The notes: generated by a model not told the origin, from the sequence alone. A stretch of 64,000 bases of DNA from Chthoniobacterales bacterium (GCA_036525185.1 DATDAW010000041.1:1175-65174), one strand, 5' to 3'. Positions 45,349 to 57,047 are shown, numbered from the stretch's first letter. Numbers and translations are program-made.

Positions 45349-46779
45349 ATGAAACCTCAATCTCACATGATAAAAACGTTGTGCAAAAAAATGAGAGGGC
45401 TGCCATACGCGCGTCAAGCGGCGCTGGCAACCCTCATGGTGACCGCATCGCCCGCCTTTGCCGGGGACATGGCGATGTCGTCTGCAAAAGACAAGAGCAT
45501 CGTTCCAATGAAAACGCCAGTGACAAATCCGTTGTCGTTCTTCGACGGGGCGCTCGTTTTTGACGTCCAGGAACGCGTCCGAGGGGAGTACCGCGAGAAC
45601 AACTACGACTTTAACAGCGGGGTCGATGCCGTGACCGACGATTCGTGGCTGCTGCTGCGGTTTCGCCTCGGTCTTGCGATCAAGCCGGTTAGCTGGCTGA
45701 AAATCTACGCGCAAACGCAGGATTCGCGGGAAGCGTACTCGGATCGCGCGGATATCCCAAATGTGAACGGCGCTGAAGGCGACGACGCCTTTGATCTGCG
45801 CCAGGGCTACATTATGATTGGAGAAACGAAGGGATTCAGCGTCACTGCCGGCCGGCAGATCTTGTCCTATGGCGATGAGCGCCTTGTTGGCCCGCTCGAC
45901 TGGAGCAATCTCGGAAGAACCTTCGACGCGGCAAAGGCGCGGTATGCCGGCGAGAAATACTCGGTGGATTTGTTCGCCGCATCGGTCGTTGTTTTCGAGC
46001 GTGGAGCGTACAATCAATCCGATCTGTTCAATGGAAATGAGACCCACCGGGATCAGGTTTTTGCTGGAGTTTATTTCAGCACGACCCTCCTGGATTTCCA
46101 GACCACGGACGGTTACGCATTCTATCTTCACGAAGATCAAAAGAGCGCAGGGACAGAGACTAACTTCGGAACGATCGGCGGACGGGTAAAATCGAATCCA
46201 AAGCGATTTAATGGGTTCGATTACGATGCCGAAGCCGCTTTTCAATTCGGTGACTTCCGTTCGAAGGACCTGCTTGCGGGCGCTGTTCACGTGGGAGCCG
46301 GTTACACGTTCCTGGAAACACCATGGAAACCGCGCATTGGCGCGGAGTATAACTTTGGTTCAGGAGACACCGATCCGAACGACGGTGATGTCGAGACGTT
46401 CCAGAATCTTTTCCCAACGAACCACAAGTTCTATGGTTACATGGACCTGTTTTCGTGGCAGAACATTCACAACCCGGCAATCAGCTTCAAGGTTAGTCCC
46501 ACCAAGACTTTGACTCTACAGGCTGACGGGCACCTTTTCTGGCTGGCGGATACGAGTGATGCGTGGTATCGGGCCAATGCAACTCCGGTGCGGCCCATCA
46601 CTCCCAGCGCCGGGAACTACGTCGGCGCGGAGATCGACCTGACCGCAACCTGGAAACCAAGCAAACATTACTCGGTCCAGGCCGGATACTCCCATTTCTT
46701 CGCCGGAGAGTACGTTGATGACACGGGCCCCGGGAGTGACGCCGATTTCGGCTATCTCATGGCGACCGTGGATTTCTAA
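45349..46779 (+). CDS. alginate-export (AlgE-like) family outer-membrane porin
   Basis: Signal peptide ending ASPAFA. FDVQERVRGEYRENNYDF...WLLLRFRLG...DSREAY pattern and a C-terminal aromatic residue (ATVDF). Confidence 0.65.
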   Translation: MKPQSHMIKTLCKKMRGLPYARQAALATLMVTASPAFAGDMAMSSAKDKSIVPMKTPVTNPLSFFDGALVFDVQERVRGEYRENNYDFNSGVDAVTDDSWLLLRFRLGLAIKPVSWLKIYAQTQDSREAYSDRADIPNVNGAEGDDAFDLRQGYIMIGETKGFSVTAGRQILSYGDERLVGPLDWSNLGRTFDAAKARYAGEKYSVDLFAASVVVFERGAYNQSDLFNGNETHRDQVFAGVYFSTTLLDFQTTDGYAFYLHEDQKSAGTETNFGTIGGRVKSNPKRFNGFDYDAEAAFQFGDFRSKDLLAGAVHVGAGYTFLETPWKPRIGAEYNFGSGDTDPNDGDVETFQNLFPTNHKFYGYMDLFSWQNIHNPAISFKVSPTKTLTLQADGHLFWLADTSDAWYRANATPVRPITPSAGNYVGAEIDLTATWKPSKHYSVQAGYSHFFAGEYVDDTGPGSDADFGYLMATVDF

Positions 46780-46811
46780 ATCATTAAAAACACAAATCGC
46801 TAATTCCCACC

Positions 46812-48584
46812 ATGGAGACCGTTCCATTCATTCCTGATTCCGCCCCCTTCACACCCGAACAGCGCTCGTGGCTGAACGGCTTTTTAGCCGGCTGGTTATC
46901 GGGCGCAAATGGAACGGCTCCAAACGGGGCTGTTGCCGCGCCTGCTGAAGCAGCGAAACCATTGTTAATCCTATTCGGCAGTCAGAGCGGCACCGCCGAG
47001 TCCATCGCAAAACAGGTGGGCAAGGAGGCGTCCGGGAAAGGCTACGCATCACGCGTGGTGGACCTTGCCAAACATGAAACGGTTGATCTGCAGAAGGAGA
47101 GCGACGTTTTGGTGATCACCAGCACATGGGGCGAGGGAGATATGCCGGACAATGCTCAGCCGTTCTGGGAACGCATTTCCTCCGCGGAGCATCCGAAGTT
47201 AACGAATGTTAGATATTCCGTCCTGGCTCTCGGCGACAAAAACTACGGCGACACCTTTTGCCAGGCCGGACGTTTGCTCGACAAGCGGTTTGAGGAACTC
47301 GGCGCAGCCAGGTTCCGCGAGCGGATCGACTGCGACGTCGACTATTCGACCAATCTCCGATCCTGGCTGGATGGGGTATGGGAAAAACTTGCCTCTGCGC
47401 CAACTCCGGGAGCCGCGGCAGCGCCTGCGCCCACACCGGCGGCAGTCGCGTCCAAAGCGGAAGCGAAGGCGCCGGAACCATATTCCAGGAAGAATCCGTT
47501 TCCTGCCCGGCTGCTCGTCAACCGCAAGTTGAACGGGGCCGGTTCCGGGAAGGATACCCGGCATTTCGAAATTTCGCTGGCCGGCTCGGGACTAACGTAT
47601 GAAGCGGGTGACGCCCTCGGCGTTTTTCCGCAAAATTGTCCGGAACTTGTGCGCGATGTGCTAAGCGTGCTGGGATATAGCGGCGACGAGGCTGTTCCTC
47701 TTCCGGATGGGGGTTCCGCGCCAGTCCGTGAAGCATTGCAAAAGAACTACGACCTGCGAATTCCCAATACACAACTCATTCAAGCCGTCGATTCCCTGAA
47801 GGAGCTAACCGCATCTGACCGGAAGGAAGACCTCAAGAAATGGCTATGGGGCAGGGAAGTGATCGATGTTCTGGCGGAAGCGCCGAAAGGAAGTTTTCCT
47901 CCTGCGGAACTGGTTGGATTTCTGCGCAAATTGCAGCCGCGTCTTTACTCGATTTCGTCCAGCCCGAAAGCGCATCCGGATGAAGTGCATTTGACTGTGG
48001 CAAGGGTCGGCTACGACGCACATAGTCGGGGGCGCAAGGGTGTTTGTTCCACCTTCCTGGCAGACCGCGTGACGCCGGACATGCCCCTGCCCATCTTTTT
48101 CCAGGTATCCAAGCATTTCCGAGTGCCTCACAACACCGATCTGCCAACCATCATGGTCGGACCGGGAACGGGGATTGCGCCATTTCGCGCGTTTTTGGAA
48201 GAGCGCCAGGCAACCGGTGCCAAAGGTAAGAACTGGCTCTTCTTTGGCGACCAAAAGGCGTCCACCGATTTCCTCTACCAGGAACAGCTCATGGAAATGC
48301 AATCTGCCGGCGTCCTGAATCGTCTCGACCTGGCTTTCTCTCGCGATCAAGCGGAGAAGATTTATGTCCAGAATCGGATGCTTGAGAACGGCATGGAGCT
48401 TTGGAAGTGGCTGGAGGAAGGCGCCTACTTCTATGTGTGCGGCGACGCCAGTCGCATGGCGAAGGATGTCGACCTTGCCCTGCATCAGGTGATCGAAACG
48501 CATGGCGGCATGAGTGCCGAAGCTGCTGCTGTTTATGTTGCAAAGCTGAAATCTGAAAAGCGCTATGCGCGCGATGTTTACTGA
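46812..48584 (+). CDS. CysJ-like NADPH flavoprotein (flavodoxin plus FAD/NADPH ferredoxin-reductase domains)
   Basis: Flavodoxin part (LILFGSQSGTAE), FNR part (RLYSISSSP, MVGPGTGIAPFRAF) and C-terminal YARDVY. Confidence 0.8.
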   Translation: METVPFIPDSAPFTPEQRSWLNGFLAGWLSGANGTAPNGAVAAPAEAAKPLLILFGSQSGTAESIAKQVGKEASGKGYASRVVDLAKHETVDLQKESDVLVITSTWGEGDMPDNAQPFWERISSAEHPKLTNVRYSVLALGDKNYGDTFCQAGRLLDKRFEELGAARFRERIDCDVDYSTNLRSWLDGVWEKLASAPTPGAAAAPAPTPAAVASKAEAKAPEPYSRKNPFPARLLVNRKLNGAGSGKDTRHFEISLAGSGLTYEAGDALGVFPQNCPELVRDVLSVLGYSGDEAVPLPDGGSAPVREALQKNYDLRIPNTQLIQAVDSLKELTASDRKEDLKKWLWGREVIDVLAEAPKGSFPPAELVGFLRKLQPRLYSISSSPKAHPDEVHLTVARVGYDAHSRGRKGVCSTFLADRVTPDMPLPIFFQVSKHFRVPHNTDLPTIMVGPGTGIAPFRAFLEERQATGAKGKNWLFFGDQKASTDFLYQEQLMEMQSAGVLNRLDLAFSRDQAEKIYVQNRMLENGMELWKWLEEGAYFYVCGDASRMAKDVDLALHQVIETHGGMSAEAAAVYVAKLKSEKRYARDVY

Positions 48585-50322
48585 GAAAATGACTGCCACC
48601 GCTACGTTTACCGACGATCAACAACGTTATCTCGAGGGCTTCTTCGCAGGTGTCAAAGTCCGCGGAGTCACGTTCTCGGACCTTGCGCCAGCGCCTGCAA
48701 CAAACGGCGCCTCCCACGGTCCAAACCTGGATGATTTAACCAAGGAAGAACGGATCAAGCACGAGCTGAATCCGCTGGATGCCTACCAGGTCCTCAATGA
48801 GTACGCGAGGCACGACACGAAACCCGAACCCGAGGATGTTTTCAGGTTTAAATGGAACGGCCTTTTTTGGCTGGCGCCAGTCAAGGACGGATACATGTGC
48901 CGGTTGCGGATTCCGGGTGGGGTGGTGAGATCCTATCAGTTACGGGAGCTGGCTTCCATTGCTGACGACTTGACTACGGGTTATATCCAGATCACCACGC
49001 GCAATAACTTTCAGTTGCGTTTGATTGCTCCGAAAGATGCGCCCGAAGTCCTCAGGCGTATTCAGGGCTGCGGGCTGCATTCCAAGGGGAGTGGGGCGGA
49101 TAATATCCGAAACATCACGGCGAATCCGACGGCAGGATTTGATCCTTATGAATTGATCGACGTGATGCCTTACGCCAGGGATCTGGGACACACGATCATT
49201 TCTACGAAGGAATATTACGATCTGCCGCGTAAATTCAACATCGCCTATGACGGCGGGGGATTAATTAGCTCGGTGGAGGATACGAACGACATCGGGGCAA
49301 CGGCGGTGAAGATCGGTGAGAACGATCTGGGCATCGCACCGGGAATCTGGTTTCGCATTGCGTTGGGAGGCGTGACCGGTCACCAAACGTTTGCGCGTGA
49401 TTGGGGGGTGATTGTTTCGTCCGAACAACTCAACACGGTAATCCTCGCCATTGTGCGGGTGTTCATTCGCGACGGCGACCGCACGAACCGCAAGCGTGCG
49501 CGGCTCAAGTATTTGATTGAAGATCGTGGTCTGCCGGCTTTTTTGGAGCAGGTGGAAAAGGAATTGGGCTTCAAGCTCAGCCGGCTTCCGCTGGAATCAC
49601 CGGCGCAGCTCAGACACGAAAAGCCCGTTATTCCTCATTCGCATGTGGGAATTTTCCCACAGACGCAGAAGGGTCTCTTTTACATCGGCGCGAACGTGCC
49701 GGTCGGGCAGATCACGTCGAAGCAACTGCGCTGGATTGCTGATCTAGCCGACAACTATGGAACAGGCGAGATTCGGCTAACGGTATGGCAAAATTTCCTG
49801 ATTCCAAATGTGCCAGAGGCTTACTTGAAGACCGTTTGCAAGCAGCTGGCACGAATGGGTTTCAACACGGAGCAGTCCAATTTGAAGAGCGGTTTCGTAG
49901 CGTGCACGGGCAACCGTTATTGCAAATTTTCCTCCGCTGACACGAAGGGGCACGCCATCGAGTTGATGAACTATCTCGATAAGAAGATAAAGCTGGATCA
50001 ACCTATTAACATCCACTTTACAGGTTGCCCGAATTCGTGTGCCCAGCATTACATGGGCGACATTGGGCTGCTGGGAACCAAGGTGAAGCAAGCGGGGGAG
50101 AGCGTGGAAGGCTATCACATCGTCATTGGCGGCGGTTTTAAGGAGAATCAAAAAGTTGGCCGGCAGATTTTTCAGAATATCGCGCATAACGAAGTGAAGC
50201 CGCTGGTGGAGAACATGCTGAAAGGGTATCTCCGGCGCCGCGAAGGGACGGAAAGCTTTCAAAGCTTCTGCAACCGGCATGACATCGGTGCCCTGCAGGC
50301 GATTTTTACTAACAACGAATAA
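48565..50322 (+). CDS. nirA: ferredoxin-type nitrite/sulfite reductase hemoprotein (NirA-like)
   Basis: Duplicated NIR/SIR ferredoxin-like halves and the siroheme/4Fe-4S Cys cluster (CTGNRYC...CPNSC). Alternative starts are at 48574 and 48589. Confidence 0.75.
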   Translation: MRAMFTEKMTATATFTDDQQRYLEGFFAGVKVRGVTFSDLAPAPATNGASHGPNLDDLTKEERIKHELNPLDAYQVLNEYARHDTKPEPEDVFRFKWNGLFWLAPVKDGYMCRLRIPGGVVRSYQLRELASIADDLTTGYIQITTRNNFQLRLIAPKDAPEVLRRIQGCGLHSKGSGADNIRNITANPTAGFDPYELIDVMPYARDLGHTIISTKEYYDLPRKFNIAYDGGGLISSVEDTNDIGATAVKIGENDLGIAPGIWFRIALGGVTGHQTFARDWGVIVSSEQLNTVILAIVRVFIRDGDRTNRKRARLKYLIEDRGLPAFLEQVEKELGFKLSRLPLESPAQLRHEKPVIPHSHVGIFPQTQKGLFYIGANVPVGQITSKQLRWIADLADNYGTGEIRLTVWQNFLIPNVPEAYLKTVCKQLARMGFNTEQSNLKSGFVACTGNRYCKFSSADTKGHAIELMNYLDKKIKLDQPINIHFTGCPNSCAQHYMGDIGLLGTKVKQAGESVEGYHIVIGGGFKENQKVGRQIFQNIAHNEVKPLVENMLKGYLRRREGTESFQSFCNRHDIGALQAIFTNNE

Positions 50323-50330
50323 CCGTTTAC

Positions 50331-51860
50331 ATGAACCTCGTCGATGAACTTCTCGCAGAGCAGCAGAACATGAAGGCTGCCGCGGGGACGTTCGCGGACT
50401 GGCACGACAGCCATGACACGCCTGCGCTGGAAAAATATTATCGGAACCTTATTCCGCTAACAAAACCGGGTTCGGGAGAGCAGTATGCGTTTCAGGTGGA
50501 CCTGGATGTGTGCTCAAGCTGTAAAGCCTGTGTAAGTGCCTGCCATAATCTCAACGGGCTGGATGACCATGAAACATGGCGGGACGTCGGACTGTTGTAT
50601 GGGATCGGGACTGACGAGCCGGCAGTTCAGACGGTGACTACCGCCTGCCATCACTGCGCTGATCCAGGCTGTTTAAACGGCTGTCCCGTGATGGCGTATG
50701 ACAAGGACCCGGAGACAGGCATTGTTAGACATCTCGATGACCAGTGCATCGGTTGTCAGTATTGCATTCTGAAATGCCCGTATGACGTGCCGAAGTATTC
50801 AAAAAAGAAAGGCATCGTGCGTAAGTGCGATATGTGCCACTCGCGGCTGTCGGCAGGTGAGGCACCGGCATGTGTTCAAGCGTGCCCCAACGAGGCGATT
50901 CAGATCGTTAAAGTCACCCGTGAAGAAATCGAAGCACGGGCAAAGGAGACGAGGAGACTGGTCGCCGGTGCATTCGATTCCAGCTACACGTTGCCCAGCA
51001 CGCGTTACCTGAGCAATCGGGTTGACGGGGAAAAACTACGGCCCGCGGATGCCTATAAAATTCATCTGGAGCACACGCACTGGCCGCTGGTTATTATGCT
51101 CACGCTGACACAGGCTGCCGTTGGCATGACGGTTGTGGAATCATTTCACCGCTCGTTCGGCCTGGGAAATTCATGGGAGTGGCTGACTGCACTGGCGGTC
51201 TTTCATTTGGGATTGATCGCCAGCATCCTGCATCTTGGCCAACCATTGAAAGCCTGGCGTGTTTTCCTTGGGTTGCGGACGTCGTGGCTGAGCCGGGAAG
51301 TGATCGGGTTTGGAATGTTGCCTCCGATTTTGCTGACCGTTTCCGCTCTGGATTGGCTGCCCATGCTGGAGCGTTTCCGAGTTTTTGGCGCGGGAATCGC
51401 AGCGGCTGGAGCATTCATGGGTCTGCTTTGCGTTTTCTGCTCCGTGATGGTTTATGCGGATACGCGGCGGCCGTTCTGGAATCTGCCGCGAACGGCGGGA
51501 AAATTTTTCGGATCGACGCTTGTCGCGGGTTTGGCTGGAAGCCAAATTTTTCAACCTTCCACAATGGCCTATGCCATTCTGTGCATCGCCCTCGTTGTCA
51601 AAATCGCCGGGGAGCTTGCATTTCTTCGGCACGCCAGAGCCGGCGAATGGTCGCCGGACAAAAAATCGGCCCTGGCGATACTGGGGCCGTTGCGAGGCGT
51701 TTTGATAGGACGGCTGGCGCTGGCGGTGACGGGCGCCGCCCTCTGTGGAAACGTGTCGCTGACAGCCGTCGGCGCGATGTGCATACTTTTCGGGGAACTT
51801 GCGGAGCGCTATCTGTTTTTTAGAGCCGTGACTGCACCCAAAATGCCGGGAGGAATTTAG
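50331..51860 (+). CDS. fusion of a 4x[4Fe-4S] ferredoxin (DmsB-like) with a DmsC-like polytopic membrane anchor
   Basis: Cys clusters [42 protein letters not shown]...CVQAC, followed by about 8 hydrophobic helices. Confidence 0.7.
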   Translation: MNLVDELLAEQQNMKAAAGTFADWHDSHDTPALEKYYRNLIPLTKPGSGEQYAFQVDLDVCSSCKACVSACHNLNGLDDHETWRDVGLLYGIGTDEPAVQTVTTACHHCADPGCLNGCPVMAYDKDPETGIVRHLDDQCIGCQYCILKCPYDVPKYSKKKGIVRKCDMCHSRLSAGEAPACVQACPNEAIQIVKVTREEIEARAKETRRLVAGAFDSSYTLPSTRYLSNRVDGEKLRPADAYKIHLEHTHWPLVIMLTLTQAAVGMTVVESFHRSFGLGNSWEWLTALAVFHLGLIASILHLGQPLKAWRVFLGLRTSWLSREVIGFGMLPPILLTVSALDWLPMLERFRVFGAGIAAAGAFMGLLCVFCSVMVYADTRRPFWNLPRTAGKFFGSTLVAGLAGSQIFQPSTMAYAILCIALVVKIAGELAFLRHARAGEWSPDKKSALAILGPLRGVLIGRLALAVTGAALCGNVSLTAVGAMCILFGELAERYLFFRAVTAPKMPGGI

Positions 51861-51862
51861 CC

Positions 51863-54064
51863 ATGAAACCACTCGCGGATTTTATGGAGCCGCTTCTTCG
51901 GGCATGGACGGGACCGCTGACGAGTGAACTCGTGCAGACGCCGGGCAAGTTTGGTCTCGGCCGGGTTCCGGAACGACTGAAACCGGATGCAACCGTCCAC
52001 TCGGTTTGCGGGTATTGTTCGACAGGCTGTTCGCTAAAGGTTCACCTCCGGGATGGAGAAGCTATCAATCTCAGCACCAATGCCGACTACCCGGTTAACA
52101 TCGGCATGGCATGTCCAAAAGGTTGGGAGGCGCTGACGCCGTTGACGGCGCCGGATCGTGGGGTGACGCCACTCGTCCGCGACAAGGGGCGGACGCAACC
52201 CGTGGATTGGGAAGCTGCACTGAGAGTGTTTGTTTCAAGAGTCCGGGATGTGCAGACCCGTCACGGGAAGGAATCTGTCGCGTTTTTAAGTACTGGCCAA
52301 ATTGCGACGGAGGAAATGGCGTTTCTGGGCGTCCTCGCGAAGTTTGGAATGGGGATGCTGCATGGCGATGGGAATACGCGTCAATGCATGGCCACAGCGG
52401 TGACAGCTTACAAACAATCCTTCGGCTTCGACGCGCCGCCGTTTACGTATCAGGATTTCGAGGAGTCCGACGTGCTGGTGTTTGTCGGGTCGAATCTATG
52501 CATTGCGCATCCCATCATGTGGCAGCGCGTGTTACGGAATCGGAACAATCCCGAGATCATTGTGATCGATCCGCGTAGAACGGAGACAGCCATGAACTCG
52601 ACCCAACATGTTGCGCTTAGGCCGAAAACGGATCTGACGTTGTTGTATGGGCTTGCGAACTTGCTTATTCGGATGGGCGCTGTGAAACGCGAGTTCGTGG
52701 ATGTTAGCACGACCGGGTTTGATGCGTTCGCGGAGTTTGTTGCCGGGTATACGCCGGAAAAGGTATCAGAAACGACGGGATTGGAGATTGCACAGCTCGA
52801 GAAGGTTGCCGGAATTATAGCGACTGGAAAAAGGGTCAGCTTCTGGTGGACCATGGGGGTGAACCAAGGCCACGAAGCGACGCGAACCGCGCAGGCGATT
52901 ATTAACATTGCCCTGATGACGAGCAATATCGGGCGCCCGGGGACGGGGGCCAATTCCGTTACGGGACAATGCAATGCGATGGGATCGCGTCTGTTCAGCA
53001 ATACGACCGGGTTGCTGGGCGGCCACGATTTTCTTAACCCGGAACACCGCGCCAAGGTCGCGGGCGTTCTGGGAATCGACGAAGCACTTGTGCCGACTCA
53101 AAACAGCTTGGCGTACGATCAAATCGTCGCGGGGATTGAATCGGGCCGAATCAAGGCATTGTGGATCATCGCGACCAATACGGCGCATTCCTGGATTCAT
53201 CAGAACAGTTTCCGTGAATTACGCAAGAAGCTGGAGTTTCTAGTTGTTCAGGACATGTTTTATTCGACCGAGACTGCGGAGATGGCCGATCTGTATTTGC
53301 CGGCGGCAGCCTGGGGGGAAAAGGACGGCACATTTATCAACTCCGAACGGCGAATTGGGAGGATTCGCCAAGTGTCGAAGGCGCCCGGAATCGCACTGTC
53401 CGACTTTCGGATTTTTCGGTTGATTGCCGACGCATGGGGCTGCGGAGAAATGTTCAAGGAGTGGACGTCGCCGGAGGCAGTTTTCCGAGTGATGCAGAAA
53501 ATCTCCGTGGGGCAGCCGTGTGATTTTTCGGGGATCGAAGGCTATGAAATGCTGGAGCGCGAAGGCGGAATGCAATGGCCGCTGCCGCCTGGGGCGAAAC
53601 CGGAGAAACAGAGACGCCTGTTCGAAGATGGAAAGTTCTATCATCCTGATCAGAAGGCGAAGTTTTTGTTTGAGAGCCCGCGACCGATCGCTGAGGAGAC
53701 ATGCGCGAACTACCCGTTCGTGTTGTTGACCGGGCGGGGGACATCCTCGCAGTGGCATACGCAGACCAGGACGGGCAAGAGCGATGTGCTCCGAAAATTG
53801 TATCCGAAGGAATGCTATGTCGAAATGCACCCGGAAGATGCTGCGAAGCTGGCTATCGGGGAGAATCGTCGCGTCATCGTGCGTTCGCGGCGGGGAAAGC
53901 TGACGGCGACTGCGTTTCTGACAGCGACCGTTTCAAGGGGACAGGTGTTTATCCCGATGCATTACGCGACAACCAATCAGCTCACCTATGCGGACTTCGA
54001 TCCGTACTCGCGCCAGCCTTCATACAAGTATTGCGCGGTGTCCATTGAGAGAGCTGACGGCTAA
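51863..54064 (+). CDS. nasA: molybdopterin-dependent assimilatory nitrate reductase catalytic subunit (no Tat signal)
   Basis: N-terminal 4Fe-4S motif [12 protein letters not shown] and a MopB-type body. It sits in the nitrate-transport/nitrite-reductase context. Confidence 0.75.
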   Translation: MKPLADFMEPLLRAWTGPLTSELVQTPGKFGLGRVPERLKPDATVHSVCGYCSTGCSLKVHLRDGEAINLSTNADYPVNIGMACPKGWEALTPLTAPDRGVTPLVRDKGRTQPVDWEAALRVFVSRVRDVQTRHGKESVAFLSTGQIATEEMAFLGVLAKFGMGMLHGDGNTRQCMATAVTAYKQSFGFDAPPFTYQDFEESDVLVFVGSNLCIAHPIMWQRVLRNRNNPEIIVIDPRRTETAMNSTQHVALRPKTDLTLLYGLANLLIRMGAVKREFVDVSTTGFDAFAEFVAGYTPEKVSETTGLEIAQLEKVAGIIATGKRVSFWWTMGVNQGHEATRTAQAIINIALMTSNIGRPGTGANSVTGQCNAMGSRLFSNTTGLLGGHDFLNPEHRAKVAGVLGIDEALVPTQNSLAYDQIVAGIESGRIKALWIIATNTAHSWIHQNSFRELRKKLEFLVVQDMFYSTETAEMADLYLPAAAWGEKDGTFINSERRIGRIRQVSKAPGIALSDFRIFRLIADAWGCGEMFKEWTSPEAVFRVMQKISVGQPCDFSGIEGYEMLEREGGMQWPLPPGAKPEKQRRLFEDGKFYHPDQKAKFLFESPRPIAEETCANYPFVLLTGRGTSSQWHTQTRTGKSDVLRKLYPKECYVEMHPEDAAKLAIGENRRVIVRSRRGKLTATAFLTATVSRGQVFIPMHYATTNQLTYADFDPYSRQPSYKYCAVSIERADG

Positions 54065-55419
54065 CTTGGTTGTCGCGTTTCGAGGTTGGCACGGCGGTAT
54101 GCTTCGGCGAGCAGTGTGACGGGATGTTTGATGCCGACCTGGCTTCCCTCCGCCTTCAAACCGGCTGCGATGTGAAGCGTGCAGCCAGGATTTGCACTGG
54201 CCACGGTTTGTGCGCGCGTCGAGAGGATGTTGTCCACCTTGCGTTTTTGAAGGCGTGTTGCCATTTCGGGCTGAGTGAGATTGTAGATTCCTGCGCTTCC
54301 GCAGCACCAGGTGCTTTCGGGGAGTTCGACCAGCTCCAGGCCCGGAATCAGTTTCAGAAGCTGGCGTGGCTGGCTCGTGATTTTCTGTCCGTGGCAGAGA
54401 TGGCAGGATTCGTGATAGGTGACACGATGAGGGTGTGCTGGGGAAGTTCCGGCAGGCGGAGATGTGCAGCCGTTTTTCACGAGGAATTCGGAGATGTCGT
54501 TGACTTTAGCCGTCCAGCGGGCGGCTTTTTCCGCATAAACGGGATCATCGGCCAACAAATGGTCGTAGTGCTTAAGGTGCGAGCCGCAGCCGCCGGCATT
54601 GGTGATGATGGCATCGAGATCGTCCAGCGGAAATGCGTCGATGAGCTTGCGAGCAGCGGCTTTGGCACCTTCCGGGTCGCCGTTGTGCGCGTGAAGAGAG
54701 CCGCAACAACCCTGCCCGTGCGGTGTCACGACTTCACAGCGGTTGGCAAGCAAGGCATCGGCAGTGTCACGATTGACATTCGGCAGGACGAGATCCTGAA
54801 CGCAGCCTGTCAGAAGGCCGACTCTGAATCGAGTCGAACGCGGCGTTTCGACCTCGCGGATGAGTCGTGGAGAAAAGTGGCGTTGAATGAGGGGCGCTTT
54901 GCTCTCGGCATTGCGGAGCCATTCCGGGAGCAGTTTAGGGATGCCCACCGTTCGTGTCAGTGACTGAAGGCCGGTGACCTGAAACAGCCACATCAAACGG
55001 CCCACGAAGCGCAGCCGAGATTGTCGTTGGAAAAGCCAGCTCAGCGTCACCGTTCTCAAGAAACGGCGCAATGGCGTGTCCAGCGCGCCGGCCTGCTCCC
55101 CGGTGGCACGGGCAGTTTCGAAAAGTTCGGTATAGTTAACACCGGCCGGGCATGCGGTCTCACAGGCAAGGCAGCCGAGGCAGAATTGCATTTCTTCGGC
55201 AAACGTCTTTGTGGGTTCCAACGCGCCATCGGCAATCGCGCGCATCAGGGAGATGCGGCCGCGCGGGCTGTTGCGCTCGATCTTCGTGGCATCGTAGGTT
55301 GGACACGTCGGCAGGCACATACCACAATGCATGCATTGCTGGAGAATGGAGTAGTCGAGGAGCCGCAGCGGCGACGCTGCGGAACGCTCAACATGCGACG
55401 GCGAATTCTCAACACTCAA
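54061..55419 (-). CDS. glcF: glycolate oxidase iron-sulfur subunit-type (Fe-S) oxidoreductase
   Basis: Two ferredoxin motifs ([24 protein letters not shown]) plus CCG domains. Confidence 0.7.
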   Translation of the reverse strand: MSVENSPSHVERSAASPLRLLDYSILQQCMHCGMCLPTCPTYDATKIERNSPRGRISLMRAIADGALEPTKTFAEEMQFCLGCLACETACPAGVNYTELFETARATGEQAGALDTPLRRFLRTVTLSWLFQRQSRLRFVGRLMWLFQVTGLQSLTRTVGIPKLLPEWLRNAESKAPLIQRHFSPRLIREVETPRSTRFRVGLLTGCVQDLVLPNVNRDTADALLANRCEVVTPHGQGCCGSLHAHNGDPEGAKAAARKLIDAFPLDDLDAIITNAGGCGSHLKHYDHLLADDPVYAEKAARWTAKVNDISEFLVKNGCTSPPAGTSPAHPHRVTYHESCHLCHGQKITSQPRQLLKLIPGLELVELPESTWCCGSAGIYNLTQPEMATRLQKRKVDNILSTRAQTVASANPGCTLHIAAGLKAEGSQVGIKHPVTLLAEAYRRANLETRQPS

Positions 55420-55493
55420 GTTTTGCTCCTTTCGATTTCATGTGATGCGACATATTACTTGAGCCTTTAACGTTAAAAGAACGTTGAGCGTCT

Positions 55494-56864
55494 TTATCCA
55501 AGGATTTTACCCGGGTTCAAAATATTAGCGGGATCTAGCGTGCGTTTAAGGGCCTGCATCACTTCGAGGCTGGCATTGGAAAATTGCATGGGCATGAAGG
55601 CTTTCTTTGCGACACCGACGCCGTGTTCGCCGGTGATCGTGCCTCCCAGCGAGACTGCGAATTCGAAGATGTCGCGCATGGCTGCTTCGACGCGATGCAT
55701 TTCCTCGGGGTTCCGCTCGTCGGTGAGGAAGGTGGGATGCAGATTCCCATCGCCCATGTGGCCAAAGATGCCCATGTTGAGCTGGTGTTTTTCCGCAGTT
55801 TCGCGGCAAAAAGCGACCATCCGTGCCAATTCGCTGCGCGGGACGGTGGCATCTTCGAGGATCGTGGTTGGAGCCACCCTCGCCAAAGCAGAAAACGCGG
55901 TCCGGCGGGCGGAAGCGAGTTTCGTCGCTTCCTCGGCTGTGGCGGCCACCTGGACAGAACGCGCCCCTTGCTCCCGGGCGATCCGTTCCATCGCCGCGGC
56001 TTCATCAGCTACGACCGCAGGGTGACCATCCGTTTCGATGAGCAAGACGGCTGCGACGTCTGTGGGCAGACCAATTTTTGCGAAATCCTCCACACAGCGC
56101 ACGGTGGTCTGATCGAGAAATTCCAACGTGCACGGAATAATCTTTGCCGCGATGATGGCGGAGACAGTGCGTGCGGCCGATTCCATGTTATCAAACAGCG
56201 CCAGCAACGTTTTTCTGGTAGCAGGCTTCGGCACCAGCTTGAGCAGGATTTTGGTGATGACACCGAGTGTCCCCTCCGAACCGACAAACACGTCCTTCAT
56301 TGAATAACCGGCCACGTCTTTCACGCATTTTGAGCCAAACCAAGCGATGGAACCGTCCGGCAGTACGACTTCGAGTCCCATTACGTAGTCGCGTGTGACT
56401 CCATATTTGAGTCCGCGCAACCCGCCGGAGTTCTCCGCCACATTTCCGCCAATGGTCGAAATTCTCATGGAACCTGGATCCGGCGGATAGAACAGGCCGA
56501 CATCGTCGGCCATTTCGGCGATAGTGACTGTCGTGACGCCCGGCTCGGTCAGCAGAGTCAAATTTGCCGAATCCACCTCGAGCACCCGCTCCATTCGTGC
56601 TGTGCAAAGGACGACGCAATCCTCCACGGGGAGGCTTCCGCCGCTTAGACCGGTCCCCGACCCACGCGTGACGATGGGAATTTTCTGCTCGTTCGCCAGC
56701 CGGAGCAGCCGGCCGATCTCCGAAGCGTCGACGGCAAATACGACTGCCCGCGGCATTTTTCGCAACGCTGCCGTGCCGTCAAAACTATAGGGGATCAGAT
56801 CCTCGGGCGCCGTGAGGATGCGGTCTGGAGGGAAAATACGGGCGAGATCGAGGAGCATGTCCAT
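55494..56864 (-). CDS. glcD: FAD-linked oxidase (glycolate oxidase subunit GlcD-type)
   Basis: FAD-binding PCMH domain (IVTRGSGTGLSGGS) and C-terminal GTITGEHGVG. Confidence 0.75.
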   Translation of the reverse strand: MDMLLDLARIFPPDRILTAPEDLIPYSFDGTAALRKMPRAVVFAVDASEIGRLLRLANEQKIPIVTRGSGTGLSGGSLPVEDCVVLCTARMERVLEVDSANLTLLTEPGVTTVTIAEMADDVGLFYPPDPGSMRISTIGGNVAENSGGLRGLKYGVTRDYVMGLEVVLPDGSIAWFGSKCVKDVAGYSMKDVFVGSEGTLGVITKILLKLVPKPATRKTLLALFDNMESAARTVSAIIAAKIIPCTLEFLDQTTVRCVEDFAKIGLPTDVAAVLLIETDGHPAVVADEAAAMERIAREQGARSVQVAATAEEATKLASARRTAFSALARVAPTTILEDATVPRSELARMVAFCRETAEKHQLNMGIFGHMGDGNLHPTFLTDERNPEEMHRVEAAMRDIFEFAVSLGGTITGEHGVGVAKKAFMPMQFSNASLEVMQALKRTLDPANILNPGKILG

Positions 56865-57047
56865 TTTACATCCGCACTGTAGTGTGAGTCTGCGTCAGGG
56901 GAAAGTTTGAGGACAGCCGAAATCGGGCGCCGCCGGGAGGATGGGCACAGGTCGAGCCGGCTTGGTCCGTAAGCCCACGACGGCAACCAATCTGCGGCAC
57001 GAGAGAGCCCGTTGGGTGAGAGTTTGCCAGCCGGGTGAAGACTGCCT

